The notes: generated by a model not told the origin, from the sequence alone. A DNA stretch of 64,000 nt from Octopus sinensis (GCF_006345805.1 NC_043000.1:7254001-7318000), one strand, 5' to 3'. Shown: positions 50,440 through 64,000, counted from the first letter of the stretch. A program made the numbers and translations.

Positions 50440-50680
50440 GCAGTGACCCCCGCAACCTTTTTTGCACTACAGAGGGATCACATGCATGGTGTATAATTTA
50501 ATGCTTAATACATATATGATTATAGACATAGATAGACATATATGATACAAAAACACCCTGCAGACTGTGATAGTCAATAACATAGAAGTAGAATTAAAAA
50601 ATTTATTCTTTCTGTGCTGCCTGGTATCAAATGATCCACAGCTCAATAATGGTCTGCAGCCGAGTGTTCTGAAGGCAGTA
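50440..50680. mobile_element. Degenerate hAT-like MITE
   Basis: cagtgacccccgcaacctttttt start and a ggtctgcagccgagtgttctgaaggcagt end resembling hAT MITE termini. Confidence 0.35.
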
Positions 50681-51412
50681 CTCTTTATGCTTGTGAATAT
50701 GAGTCAGTCTGAGACACGCTGGTCGACAGGTTAGAAGTGTCCTTGAATTTGCTGATACTTAGGTGTTAAGTGTTTCTTCTGTGTATAACGCATTGCAAAT
50801 CTTATTTGTGGTGCAGTTGTATTGATTTTATTCTAATGGTTTTGTTTCTTACAATACTATTCTCTTGACTCCTAATACATCATTGGCGTGTTTGAGAGAA
50901 AGTCATCATGCTAATGATAATGATTTCTTACATTATTACACAGATTTGTTATCATCACAGACTTGTTGGGGAAGAATTCGAGTTGATTGACTTCATCATA
51001 ACTTTCTGCGGGTCCAAATACTTTTGTCTCCTGTTCAGAGCTAAAGAGTGTCAAAACCTATGGAGCTAATACTACAAGACAATTTTAAAATTATTTCTGG
51101 ACTCCCCCTCCTCCTCCTCATCATCAATAATGTTTTACTTTATTTGTCACTAGGCAATTGATGTGTAGGACATTATATGGACAGGCTATAACCCAAAAAG
51201 TGTAGGGGACTGTGGTGCACACTTACACACACACACACACACACATATATATGTTTAGGCACAGAATTACACTATTATATGTATATATATGTTTTGTATG
51301 TTATGTGTTAGCATGCTTATAATGGCTTATATATGCCCTCTATTTAGATATGTGTTGGCTTTGATGAAGAGTATTATTGACCTTGGAACTTGTCTCTTTC
51401 ACATTAATACTT

Positions 51413-51453
<41 letters not shown>

Positions 51454-51461
<8 letters not shown>

Positions 51462-51785
51462 AAAAATATGGTAAAGTAAAAAAATTCACTTTACCACACA
51501 CCGAACTTTTCAGAAATAGCAGCCAAAAGTTTGGCTATTTCTTCAACTGCAAATAAAAGTCTCCAGACAATGCATACTCAGAAAAAACTCACATAGGTAT
51601 AAGGGAAAAACAATGAAAGATCACATCCATATACCTTATACCTATGTGAGTTATTTTCTGAGTATGCATTGTCTGGAGACTTTTATTTGCAGTTGAAGAA
51701 ATAGCCAAACTTTTGGCTGCTATTTCTGAAAAGTTCGGTGTGTGGTAAAGTGAATTTTTTTACTTTACCATATTTTTATAAATTA
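51454..51785. repeat. Near-perfect inverted repeat (foldback element): arms 51454-51604 and 51634-51785, 29-nt spacer
   Basis: Base-by-base comparison shows the arms are reverse complements apart from one 1-nt indel (cagaaaaaactc vs cagaaaataactc). Confidence 0.95.
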
Positions 51786-51880
51786 ATACTTCAAATATAC
51801 CGTAAATGGTCTTTACATACCGAATACTGCTTGGTCGAATTTATTAACAATTAATTAATTCTACCCCTTTTTTGATAACA

Positions 51881-51920
<40 letters not shown>

Positions 51921-52942
51921 TTTAAAACTAATTGTTTTCCTCCTTATATCTTACCTTTTACTTGTTTTATTCATTACATTGTGACTATGTTGGGACACTA
52001 CCTTGAAGAATTTTAGCCAAATTAATCAATCCCAATACTTATTCTATTGGTCTGCTTTGCTAAACCACCAAGTTACAGGAACATAAATGCACAAACACCA
52101 GTTCTCAAGCAGTGGTGGGGGACAAACATGGACATGCTCACTCTCACACACACAATGAGCTTCTTTCAGTTTCCATCTACCGAATCCACTCACAAAGCTT
52201 TGGTTGGCCCAAGGCTATAGAAGAAGACACTTGCCAAAGGCGCCATGCTGTGGGTAGGAAGCAAACTTCTTAATAGACAGCCATTTCTGTGCTTATAACC
52301 ACATTAAATTTTTAGACAGTTTAGCATTTTGCTTATCTATTGCTGTATTTGTTTAGTTCCTGGTCAATTATAATTGATCCAATTTAAGATCAAAGACACT
52401 TGACTGTCCCACTTTTTTTTCTTTGCTGGCTTAGTGTTATCTATGACTATATTATCTCTTGTGTTTTCCCTTTTCTGATGCCATAGTGCATGATTTGCAA
52501 GAAATTTGGCCGATATTTTTTAACAATTCAATCATTCACTTCAAGGCTCCATTGTATATGTGAATTGACACTAACAAAAGCTGAGTGAGGTTTAAAATAT
52601 TGATTGAAAATAGACCTAAAGTCATCATATGTGTCATTGAACAGTGTATACAATCTATATAGAGCTTACCTAATTATCACAAATTTGCACTTTGCTAATT
52701 ACAACAATAGGCATATGAAAATAAATGTACTGTAAGTTAATTGAAATATCTTGACCTATATATTATACAACCCCTGATAGAATCATCACCAGCACTCCTG
52801 CTAAGCTGTACACTTGTATATCCATACGTTTTGCAACTAGGAATGGTCGGGGGGAATGTTTGCACACAAGGTTTTCAGCAAGAAATTAGGTTTTAATTTA
52901 TTAATGGAAGCAATCTGAGAGATGTTTACTCTCAGGATAATG

Positions 52943-53128
52943 CCATGGCTGTGTGGTAGGAAGCTTGTTTCCTAACCACATGGTCCCAGGTTCAGTCCCA
53001 CTGTGTGGTACCTTGGGCAAGTGACTTCTCTAGCCTCAGGCCAACCAAAGCCTTGTGAGTGGATTTGGTTGACGGAAACTGAAAAAGGCCTGTGTGTGTG
53101 TGAACACACATATATATGTATATGCATG

Positions 53129-53184
<56 letters not shown>

Positions 53185-53350
53185 TGTGTTTATGTCCCTG
53201 TAACTTAGCAGTTCGGTAAAAGAGTCCGATAGAATAAGTACTAGGCTTACAAAGAATAAGTCCTGGGATCAATTTCTTTGACTAAAACCCCTTTCAGGTG
53301 GTGCTCCAGCATGACCGCAGTCAAATGAGTGAAACAAGTAAAAGAATAAA
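52943..53350 (+). mobile_element. Full-length SINE family A
   Basis: Head, (TG)/(TA) linker and 3' module ending gaaacaagtaaaagaataaa. Confidence 0.85.
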
Positions 53351-54199
53351 GGAACACACACACACACACAAAATCCAGACATCAGATTTTTCTCCATTTT
53401 TTTCCCCTTCTCCATTCGTTTTCTTTTCTCATTTCTTTCAGTAGAAGAATGTAGGCTCAAAACATCAAAGACTTCTTCCATTTTTCCTGAGCATCAAACT
53501 AATACAGCCTGTTTGTTGTTTCCTTACCTGTCTCTGTCTTTTTTTGTTGCTTTTGTTTTTTGTATAATTTTGAACCACATCCACACACTTATAAATATGT
53601 ATGTATGTATGAATGTATGTATCTGTGTGTATGTGTGTGTCTTTGTGTTTGTCGTTTGTCCACCAACACTACTTAACAACCGGTGTTTGTCTGTGTCTCC
53701 ATTATTTAGCAGTTTGGCAAAAGAGTCTGATAGAATAAGTACCAGATGTAGAAAAATAAATACTGGGTTGATTTGATTGACTACACACTTCACGGAGGTG
53801 CCTCTGCATGGCTGCTGTCCACTGATTGAAACGAATAAAAGATAAATGCAAGTTTCTATGGACATCCATTGTAAGAAAAATTAAGGGATCATTGTTTGTC
53901 TCTGATGCAGACATATAGTTCTGTGCCCATCCTGCAGTTGAATCATCCAAAGATACCATTTGGATGAAAGCTAACAATCGTAGGTTAGTGTCATCTTTTT
54001 AATGCTCTGTACATTAAATATGTTATTTAGAGTAATTAGAAATATATATGTTCTGATTAAAAAATACAAAATGAAAACAAAAAATCATTAGTTAATGATT
54101 AATATTAAGAAGATATTTTTGCTTCGATTTTCTGGTATGTCTGGAAATCACATTTTGAGCTCTAACTAGGAAGCCTGTAAATAGTTGCTCAACCTGTTG

Positions 54200-54772
54200 G
54201 AAACAGCTGTCAAGTATATACAAGCAAATTTGCCTTAAATTACACTATACTTTCTCAAAGAAGATGGATACATTCTTCTCAAAAGTTCCCATGCAATTGC
54301 TTATTAGTCAAATGATCTCTCCAGGTAACATTCAAAGCCACTCTTAGCATGTGAGTGTAGGTTCCATTAAATCTTTTTTCCCAATTTTGAGGTAAGGGTC
54401 CATGCTGAGCAGCCATACAACAGAAGAGGTAACAGCTGCTTGAAAGAGGCCCCTTTTCATATTATCTGGAAGTCTAGATTTTCCTGCTGCAGATAACCTT
54501 CATCCATTATCAGGCATTGTTAAAGAGTGTAGAGTCATATTTGCAGGGCATTGCTGGAGAGTTAAAGACAAAATTGTTAGTGAATTTCTTTTGTGGGAGC
54601 TTACACAAGGAAGAGCTAGCAGGAGATGACAAGCCAAGACCTGTATGAAGCAGATTTGTGATGACAAACTACAATCCCTCTGACCTGCCAAATATGATGA
54701 AGAACAATAGAATTGCATGGCAACAGAGAGTCGTAGGAATTGATACAAGCAGTGTGACCAGATGATGATGAC
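54200..54772 (+). mobile_element. RTE-type LINE 3' fragment (second lineage)
   Basis: FAGHCWRVKDKIVSEFLLWELTQGR...DLPNMMKNNRIAWQQRV followed by a (gat)n tail. Confidence 0.7.
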
Positions 54773-55339
54773 ATTGCATGTAGTATTGTTTTAAGTTATA
54801 TACAAAAATGACATAGGTGGCTACAGCTAGAATACGTTTGATTATAGATTTGCTTGATCATGGGTAAACAACAGCAACAGATTGTAGCCATTCTACATTT
54901 GAATTCAGTTTAATTCAAATGAGGTAATTTTGAATGGAATAATGTCTCCATATGGTTACTAATCTCATAAACTGTATTTGCTGTATACAGCTGATATTGT
55001 AGCAACTCTGTATGAGCATAACTATTCTAGTTAATGTCTGTAATTATTTGCACTTTAATGTAGTGTCATAGACTCGATAAACAAAATACTGTGATAGTGC
55101 TGCTACTACGCATTCAGATATCCCAGACTACATTAAAAATAGGCCACTCGACTAGTAGCCATGAAGTCACTTGCTAACATGCACCAACCTGTGGCTCACT
55201 GCTGTGCTGACTTCTCACTCAGCCTTTTTCTAATGCTATGCCTACGACCATTGTCCTCCTCTTTGTTCAGTCCCTCACCTCGGAACACTGTCCTTTTAGA
55301 ATACTCTCTCAGCAGCTGAGTATCCCTAATCTTGCAAGC

Positions 55340-55545
55340 TCGTAAGTGCTGGTGCCACATAAAAAGCACCATACCGGTGCTGTGTAAAAGAACCCAATAC
55401 ACTCAGTAAAGTGGTTGGTGCTAGGAAGGGCATCCAGCCTCAGAAACCATACCAAAACAGACGTGGAGCCTGAACAGCCTTTCAACTGGTCAGCTTCTGT
55501 CAAACCATCCAAACCATGTCAGCATGGAAAATGGACATTAAAGGA
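55340..55545 (+). repeat. Copy of the RTE LINE 3' tail
   Basis: gtgctggtgccacataaaaagcacc...gtggttggtgctaggaagggcatccagc...cagcatggaaaatggacattaa. Confidence 0.75.
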
Positions 55546-56862
55546 CTATTGCTGTTGTTGTTGTTCAGTTTATCAAATCCAGTCGCATGGCTTTGGTCAG
55601 CTTGAAGCTATAATAGGAGACAGTTCCCCCAAAGTGTCACACAGTGGGACTGAACCTTGAACCATGTGTTGGTAAGTAAACTTCTTACCACAGAGCCACA
55701 CCTGCACCTGAGTTGAATTTAAACTTAATCGGGTATGAAACCTAAGCCATTTTATCGAAACTTTTTTTTATTATTATTATTTGTATGTGTTTGGACCAAC
55801 AAAATGAAACCAATATATGGTCGGAAACTATGCTGTGTGAGAATTGAACATTCATCATAATTCAACTAATTAATCATGCATTCATTGTTGACATTTAGTT
55901 AGTATTGCCATAGATTTCCAGATCTATTAAATTTCTCAGCATTATTATCTAAGGATTGTGATATTTAAGTAAGGTGTTTGTTACACCGTTATACCTTATT
56001 AATCTTTGAAGCCTTTAATTATGTTTGTATTTTTATTTAACTCAGTAGTAAGATAATCATTCCTATAGCATCAAGGCTATGTGTTGCATTTACTAATAAC
56101 TTTTCATCATCGCATAGCCCACTCACATTAATTTCTGATGTAGTATGTCAATTTATAGGAGAAAGAGAGAAGACAGCTTGCTATCCCTGCAATTTTAATG
56201 AGTTGTTAATGATGTTAGAATATGTAATGTCTACAAATGAGAATTTAAAAAAATAGAAAAAAGAGTGCAAACTTAGAAGTAACCCTCTTCTAAGTTGATT
56301 TGTACAATACTAGTCTTTTGTTATGCACAGGGCATTTTAACCCTCTTATTGTGGAAATCAGATATATCCTCTCAATACTTCATTATTCTTACTGCAGAAA
56401 GCAGGTTTTTAAAAAAAAATATACTAATCTATCTTTTGTTGAGGAATGCCATATTTGAAGCCATTTTCATTTGAGGTTTATTGAGGCAGTGTGACTTGCA
56501 GAAAATACCAGTTCTATTTATTTTTAGTAGGTATTTAACATCATTGCTGGAATAACCGTGAAAGTTAATTTCCCAGTCAAATTGTTAAATGAGGAGCAGT
56601 GTAAGGCTTGACTAACTCAATCCATTGTTGTTTGTTTTTAAATTATCTTTTTATTTTATTTTCATAATTTCGCTTTTATACTTTTTACCTTAAGGCCTGA
56701 CTATTACTTTCTTTTGAGATTTCTCTGCCTGGGCTTAGACTATTCTAAGAGATCCTCAATCAATTATAGCCTTATCATCTACAGTTTTGTCATTAATGAA
56801 TTGAGATTAAGCTTTACATTTTAATCTAAATTATAATCATTTTAGCTTAACCATTTAGCATA

Positions 56863-57272
56863 CTCTCTTTCTCTTTTTCTCTCTTTTACTTGTTTCCCTC
56901 ATTTGACTGCGGCCATGCTGGAGCACCGCCTTTAATCGAGCAACTCCACCCCGGGACTTATTCTTTTTTGTAAGCCCAGTACTTATTCTATTGGTCTCTT
57001 TTGCCGAACCGCTAAGTAACGGGGACATAAACACACCAGCATCGGTTGTCAAGCAATGCTAGGGGGACAAACACAGACACACCCACGCATATATATATCT
57101 ATATACACATATATACGACAGGCTTCTTTCAGTTTCCATCTACCAAATCCACTCACAAGGCTTTGGTCGGCCCGAGGCTATAGTAGAAGACACTTGCCCA
57201 AGATGCCACGCAGTGGGACTGAATCCAGAACCATGTGGTTGGTAAGCAAGCTACTTACCACACAGCCACTCC
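56863..57272 (-). mobile_element. Full-length, CpG-retaining SINE family A
   Basis: tRNA-like head (ggagtggctgtgtggtaagtagc...ggttctggattcagtccc), core and 3' module; best-preserved copy in the window. Confidence 0.88.
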
Positions 57273-57427
57273 TACTATTTATGTATACTTTATGGAATTT
57301 TATGCTTATCATTTACAACATTAAAAATTACTGCTGCTGAACATGCCTATGCTCTACATTTCAACTGTATAAAATTATAGTTGTATTACTTGTTTTAGAA
57401 TATAAATTTACTGATTACAGGTATATT

Positions 57428-57757
57428 AGGTGTAGGTGTGTCTGTGTGCTAAGAAGTTTGCTTCCCAACCATATAGTTTCAGGTTCAGTCCTACATGGGT
57501 ATATGTCTTCCACTATAGTCACAGACTGACCAAATTTTTTTGAGTGGACTTGATTGATGGAAACTGAAACAACCCCCTTGACTGTCAGTGTTTGTTTGTT
57601 TATGATCCCATAATTTAGTAGTTTGGCAGACGAAACCAATAGAATAAACACCACACTTAAAAAAAAAAAGTGGTGGTCTGAGATTGCTTTGTTTGACTAA
57701 ACCCTTCAAGGTGGTGTCCCAGCATGGCCACAGTCTAATGACTGAAACAAGTAAAGG
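57428..57757 (+). mobile_element. SINE family A (diverged), antiparallel to 56863-57272
   Basis: Head aggtgtaggtgtgtctgtgtgctaagaagtttgcttccc; tail ctaatgactgaaacaagtaaa. Confidence 0.72.
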
Positions 57758-59114
57758 GTATTGGTATGAAGTCAAATGGTTTTTGGATTGACATTCTTCT
57801 AGATAATGATTTTTTCTCAGTTTGTTTCTGAACAATAAAACTTAATTAGAAAATTTTAAAGCATTTATATTGAATTATCATTAGATTTAGCTGTAGATTT
57901 TACATTGTGAAGCACAAAAGACTTCTGTTTTAGTACGGTACAGTATTTAATTGTTGTTTTTTGTTAGCTGCAAGCTGGCCTTCATTCAGCAAACCTGTGG
58001 CCAAATAGTTTTTTAGCTGTTACCACCCTGACTTTAAAAAAAAAAAATTGTGACTGCATTGCCTAATGTGTCCTTAATTTTTTTTAAGAGGGTAAGGTAT
58101 AATTTGAATGAGATTTGGCTGCTATTTCTAGGATGTCCGTTTTGAGAGGTGAAATAAAAGAATGAGTTAAAACACCAAAATTTAAGTTTTGACAAGTGCT
58201 TCATTGAATTCTTTCCCAAGTTTTAATTTCAATGCAAACATTGTATAGTGTTTTATAGGAAAATAGTTATCTTAACATCATTTGAGTAAGCAACTGGCTT
58301 TCTACTTGTCTTTCATACATGTTAAATGCTATTGAGTCCAGATATAGGTACATAGAGTGGTTGTGGAACTAATCTTGGCTCTAGAAAAGAAAGGCAGTGG
58401 AGGTATAGTTGTTAAGATAATCATGGCAACCATTTTAACAGAAGGGGAAACAAACTCACTTCATTGAAAAATGCTGCTGTGCTTTAAATTGTATGACAGA
58501 TGATATTTATTAGTTATCCAGAACTAGATAAAGAAATTGCTGAATGCAGTTGAAAAAATATTAGGTCATTAATGGCTTTATTTCATTTTTTTTTTTTTAA
58601 TGAACTAGCTACCATAAGTATGTTTATATAGAAACTGGGAATGGAACAATGGGACACAATGCTTTCATTATTTAATGATTTTCGTTCTTTAATACTTGTG
58701 GACATTTTTTTCTGTAAATGTTTTGTGACGTATTATATATATTATTGGAAAGAAAGATGCATTCTGGAAACCATTCAGATTATGTAGATTTGTGTTTGAA
58801 ACTTAATAAGGTTCTTCTGATGCTTTATCATGTTGAACATTGATGAAAATGAAACAAATAAAACAATATTTGTAATAGTAATCGTAGATGGTTCCAATTA
58901 CATCTTGTTGTTGAGCAGCTTTCATTTTATTAGAAATAAATTGAATTTTTACAACCTTCTCAAAAATAATTATGGTTCATAACAGTGAATGAATAATGGT
59001 GGTAGTAGTAGTAGTAGCACCTGGCAAAAACCCCCAGCAAATTCACTATTCTTGATAAACATTTCAAAAGAAAACTACAGTGTGCACTTATTATTATTAT
59101 TATTATTATTATTA

Positions 59115-59310
59115 TGGTGGTGTGGTGGCGAGTTGGCCGAATCATTAGCATGCTGGGCAAAATGCTTTGCAGTATTTCTGAGTTGAAATTATGCTGAGAT
59201 CAACTTTGCCTTTTTCATCCTTTCAGAGTCAGTACTAGTTGAGTACTAGGGTTGATGTAACTGACTTACCCCTCCCCCAAAATTTCAGGGCTTGTGCCTA
59301 TTGTACAAAG
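59115..59310 (+). mobile_element. SINE family B
   Basis: ggtggcgagttggccgaatcattagc...cttgtgcctatt. Confidence 0.75.
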
Positions 59311-59582
59311 GATTATTATTATTATTATTATTATTTCTAATATAAGCACTTGGCTGGTACTTCATTTTATTGACTCTGAACGAAAGGCGAAGTTGGCCAT
59401 GGTTGGATTTGAACTCAATGTAAAGAGCCAGAACAAATAGCTTAGGGCATCCTGCTCTGTATACTAATAAGTCTGTTAGTCCACTGCCCTTAATCTTTTC
59501 TACTGTAGGCACAAGGCCTGAAATTTTGGTAGAAGGGGCTAGGTGCTTGCATCAACCCCAATACAGCATTCAGGCTATTCTC

Positions 59583-59782
59583 ATTTCTTTATTGCCCACA
59601 AGGGGCTAAACAAGGACAGACAAAGGGTTTAAGTTGATTACATCGACCCCAGTGCATAACTGGTACTTAATTTATCAATCCTGAAAGAATGAAAGGCGAA
59701 GCCAACCTCAGCAGTATTTGAACTCAGAACGTAACAGCAGACAAAATACCACTAAGCATTTCTGCCAGCTCGCCGCCTTCTG
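59583..59782 (-). mobile_element. SINE family B variant with a perfect 13-bp TSD
   Basis: tcaggctattctc at 59570-59582 and 59783-59795. Confidence 0.85.
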
Positions 59783-59809
59783 TCAGGCTATTCTCTCAAA
59801 CATAATGCC

Positions 59810-59998
59810 TATTTGTTCACATTATTTTGAATTAATCGTGCATTACTCTGTAGCTTTGTTATTTTGATGATGTGATTATTTCATTTCAGAATGACATTGT
59901 AGGATAGGAAGGATAGGCCAGATCTCTCCAGTTTGAACATAAAAAACAATTAGAATACTTAGGCCAGATATGGCCAGTTTGAATGCTAAAAGGTTAAT
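59810..59998 (-). mobile_element. piggyBac-type MITE (family C), partial
   Basis: ttgttcacattattttgaattaatc...aatgctaaaaggttaa. Confidence 0.7.
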
Positions 59999-60759
59999 CA
60001 ACCAATTTAATCTAAATAATATTAAATACTAAACATTGTAAATTTAGTTCTCTTGTAATTACAACATAAATTAGTGTAACTGGACTTATATATTTTGTCT
60101 TGTATTTTGTTATTTTGTGAACTCTAACATCATTGGTTACTGAATTCCAGATAGCCAATCACTGCTAAACTGCATTTCTGGTTGTGAGGATGACCAGGGA
60201 GTGTCTATAATTTGGTGCAAAACACTTTGTGGTAGAAAAGACCTTGTCCAAAGGGATTGCTTTTTTTTCTTTCATTGTTTGTCTTTTACATTTTTAGCTA
60301 GTATACATAAGGAAGTACATATATTGCAGCATTGTTACATAACAACATGGTCTCTTTCAGGCATTGGTATCTATAATCACAGTGCAAAATGTATTCCAGT
60401 CATGACAACACAATTGAAGAGAATGAAACTTTTTGCTTTCATTCTTTTATCTTTTAGATCAATATTGGATCAGAATTATATAATAGAAAAATCATGCATA
60501 TTGAATGTAGCCCATCAAATTATTTTTCTTTAATTTTCTTTGTTATCAGTGGTACATATAACTATTCTAGTCTTAGGCCATGTTTTGGGATTTTATCTAT
60601 TAATTCTACAAGTTCAGTCATAACAGACATTCTTAGAGAAGACAGTTATCCTATTTCTTTGGATGACTACATTTCAATATTACTTTCAATATGTATCTTC
60701 AAGGCCATTCTAAGAGCATGGCTAATCAACACAGCTATGGAAACTTGCTGTCTAAGCGC

Positions 60760-60792
<33 letters not shown>

Positions 60793-62139
60793 GTGTTAAC
60801 CTGTCTTTCAATTGGACAAAAATCCTGTTTTACAACTGACAAATATTCCAGCACAATACATACTCAACTGATTTAGTATTGCTGCTTTTAATTGCATGCA
60901 GATTGTTTACAGAGTTCTGAATGATTAATATATTTGGATTCATAGATATGTATAAAAGACACATTTTCATGAATAGAAGGTCATTTTTATTATTTGCTTA
61001 GTCTAACAACTTCTCAGAAAAAAAAAAAAAAAATCTGACCCTCCGATTAAGGTAGAGAAACTATCTGCAAAACAATGTGGTGACTGCATTGAAATACAAA
61101 TCTAAGATGTTGTACTAAAGCATCTTATTAAATTTAAATGTTGAATCTTACATTTCCAAATGCCATGGAATCTTATGAAAAGCTCTTTGCATTTTTCTTT
61201 AACAACATTTGAGATGTTCTGTTATAGGTAGTATTAGTTCCTTAATTAGACACAAAGCCACAAATATATAAGAAAATGTTATATTCAAGTGAATTTACAC
61301 TAATATGCTACTGGTATTTGTTTTATGAATCCTGGAGAAATGAAAGATAAAGTCAACTTTGTAACAAGATTTGAATTTGGTATAGAAGGGAGTAATTAAA
61401 TCCTGCAAAGTTCAGAGTTCTGCTGTTTATGTTATTGTTCTTTAACCCTTTCGATGCCAACCCATCTCAGATTGCCCCTAGTTTTGTGATACATTCAGTT
61501 TTAAAGTGATGTAAATTAAAACTTTCCATCAAAGTTTTGTGTTGATTTATATTCCAAAACACCAACTAAATAATGAGAAGATAATGTCACTAAATTCTTC
61601 ATTATTTTCAAAATTAATTGGTGTGAGAAGGTGTTTCATCTAAAGTATGGCAATGAAGAGTTAAAGATGCTTAAAGCTGCTGGGTTTCACAAGTTGTCAA
61701 CAATGAAGGTGCTAACTAAACTTGATGTTACTTTCACTGATTGGATGTGAACAAGTGATTTTTATTTTTTGCCATGATATGGTAATATTAATTATTAATA
61801 GTATTAACGCACTCCACATATGTAGAGATAGTCTTTGCACTGTATAACGCTGTAATATTTGATTAATTGAAAAGTATGAAACTTTTTTCTTTTTAACTTA
61901 GCTTTAGATTTACTATTAGAGAAACAGGTGGGAGAAATAAAAAAAGGTATTTGAGTTATTTTGTTGAATCAGTTTATCTCAATGAAACGGCCTCAAGTCA
62001 GATTTGCACAAGTAATTCATTGAATTTGGGAGTGATTCAGAAGAAGTTGAACACATCAGATATGTTGTGTGTCTCTGTAGTCTGGAATTATGTTGGGTGT
62101 ATTTCAGTGGTCTGTTATGGAGGTTTAATTTAATATTTT

Positions 62140-62800
62140 GACATGTTCTATCCCCTGTTTCTCAAAATCGTAAGCCAAGACATTGTTAGATTTGAAAATC
62201 TTTTGATTTTCAGAAGTCTTACACTTTCCATGTTTTCCTTAGAGATTGTGGTAGTGATTGGTCATTCATTGAATGTCAATAACACTTCCCTGCCATTTAC
62301 CACACAGTTAACAATTAAGCTCAACTAAGAACTTTAGCCTTTGAAGGAATTGCTGAGTTTTTTTACATTGTCTGGGTCAAGCAATGGGTTAGGGCTTGAA
62401 TTATATTTGTAGTAATGTGTTGATTTTTCTTCATTCATTAATCTTATGGGTATTAGTAATTGTCAGAGTTTAATGGACTCCTTTTGGACTGGAGATAGGG
62501 TAACTGTATGGATTCTGAGCAGAGAGACAAGGGCAGTGGTGGGGAAACAAGCTTGCTGAGTGGGTATATATTGTATACTGTGAACAAGTTCAAAAGAATT
62601 GTAAATTGTTACCAGAGCAGTAAAAATGGTAGGAGCTATCACAGTATTATAATAGCTAAAAGGGTGTAGAATATTGCTAGGTGAATGCTTTTTGTTTTGT
62701 GGTGGTGTTACAGGGCTGGAAGGAATTATTGATGATATGATAAGTATCTTCTTTGATTATGTATTTTATCCATTTGGTTCTGTTGTTGGAGGCAATTTAC
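62140..62800 (-). mobile_element. Degenerate L1/Tx1-like RT fragment
   Basis: Minus-strand VTLSPVQKESIKL*QLLIPIRLMNEEKS resembles ITLIPK..K...NYRPISLMN; the rest is highly decayed. Confidence 0.35.
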
Positions 62801-64000
62801 ATCATTTCTTAAGGGATGTGATGTTATTTTTCTAGTTCTAAATTCTGAATATTTGTGGTTATTGGTTGTGTCAGATGGACATTTTTATCATAATTTATTT
62901 AATTGCAGCAATAAATAATGTTACTTAGTTCTGTTGACACTTGATAATAATTTTAATATTTTGAGTTGATGTTGTGGATTTAATCTGGATTCCTAGTTGG
63001 TACCATTTAACATTATTGAAGGAAGGGTCTGATCACGTTGCCTTGTCCTTGACAAATTAGGTGAACACAGACATTTTTTCATTTATCAGCTTCAGCTCTT
63101 TTTACACTAATTCTATGAAGACAGTTATCTTTCTGGTAATCTTTCTTTTCTTCAGCAATTATTTAGCATATTCATTTCCTTGACTTATCTAAATCATTTC
63201 CTGACAACAAACTGTTCTGTATTCTTCACTACTTTTTCAATACTTCTATTCTCCAGTAATATTCTTTCTAAACTTCCATCGATAGAAACCATCTCCACAT
63301 TCAGACTGGAATGGAGATCAAGGACATTTGATAAGAACAATACACAAATGTCATCTCAAAGGTAAAGAAAGAGATTTCAGCTACACATCTCTGTGGATAG
63401 CTGTCAGCTTAAAGTGTCATCTATGCTATATGAAATGCTGAGATTAATAGTTATCTCCTGTGATCTCTTTTGGGAACATCCTCAATTTAACCAGAGTTTT
63501 ATTATGAAAACTATTTATTCCTTGACTTCCAACAATGTTTTTCTGCCTAAGTCTGGTTAAATGTTTTATTTAGCATAACTAAGCAACATGTTTTTTTCTT
63601 GAAGACAGAACACATCCTGGGATTCTCTTCTTCACCTCGTATTCAATTGAATTTTTCTTTTTATCTCACTATACTTGAGGTGTCATTTTAACATTGTTTT
63701 GTATTATTTGCTTACTTTAGAAAAACACAATCTCAAGAGCAATGAATTTCAACTGTGGTTATGCTGTATGGATATGTCTTAGAATAGTTTTTGTTTTCTT
63801 TGTTTGTTTGTATGTGTAACTTAGCTCAATCACTAAATATCAACTTCAATAACTAATTCTGTGAATTAAAAGAAACAAAAAACGATTTCAATGAATATGA
63901 ATGAGTTATTCAGTGATTAAAATGTTAAGGAGTTCTTTTCTTACTGATCAAGTGAATCAATCAACAAATAAGCAAATAACAGTTGGGTAAAAAAAAAAGG

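Noticed and set aside
58866-58920. ag-ATGGTTCC and ag-ATGGAC (62872) as possible phase-1 exon 3 starts
   Set aside because: They translate to YGSNY and YGHFY, not YGFRK, and have poor polypyrimidine tracts
61682-61750. GFHKLSTMK... resembling the HSF exon 3 start GFRKV
   Set aside because: No AG acceptor followed by AT/AC to complete the split Tyr codon; downstream residues do not match and the frame stops after 22 codons

Overview
AT-rich, CpG-poor, repeat-dense animal genomic DNA. The interspersed repeat families look like those of octopus (coleoid cephalopod); this is recalled pattern recognition, not a database result. The only host coding sequence I can support is one 109-nt exon (42504-42612, +) encoding the middle of a heat shock factor DNA-binding domain ([36 protein letters not shown]), equivalent to vertebrate HSF1 exon 2. 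I could not find the flanking HSF exons by eye, so most or all of the window is probably very large HSF introns. The rest is transposon landscape: a young 5'-truncated RTE-type LINE (536 open codons, an internal PHD-like finger and a 62-bp VNTR in its 3' UTR); fossils of mariner, piggyBac, HERO-like, RTE, CR1/L2/I-like and L1-like elements; hAT and piggyBac MITEs; Helentron-like elements; two tRNA-type SINE families; and many microsatellites. The most interesting signals are minimal hammerhead-ribozyme-like motifs on the minus strand in Penelope-like remnants, one with a compensatory G3:C8 core swap (46986-47035); a near-perfect 151-bp-arm hairpin in the presumed HSF intron (51454-51785); and two candidate cryptic exons upstream of the HSF exon. 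Almost all short ORFs in the supplied track are repeat or microsatellite artefacts.
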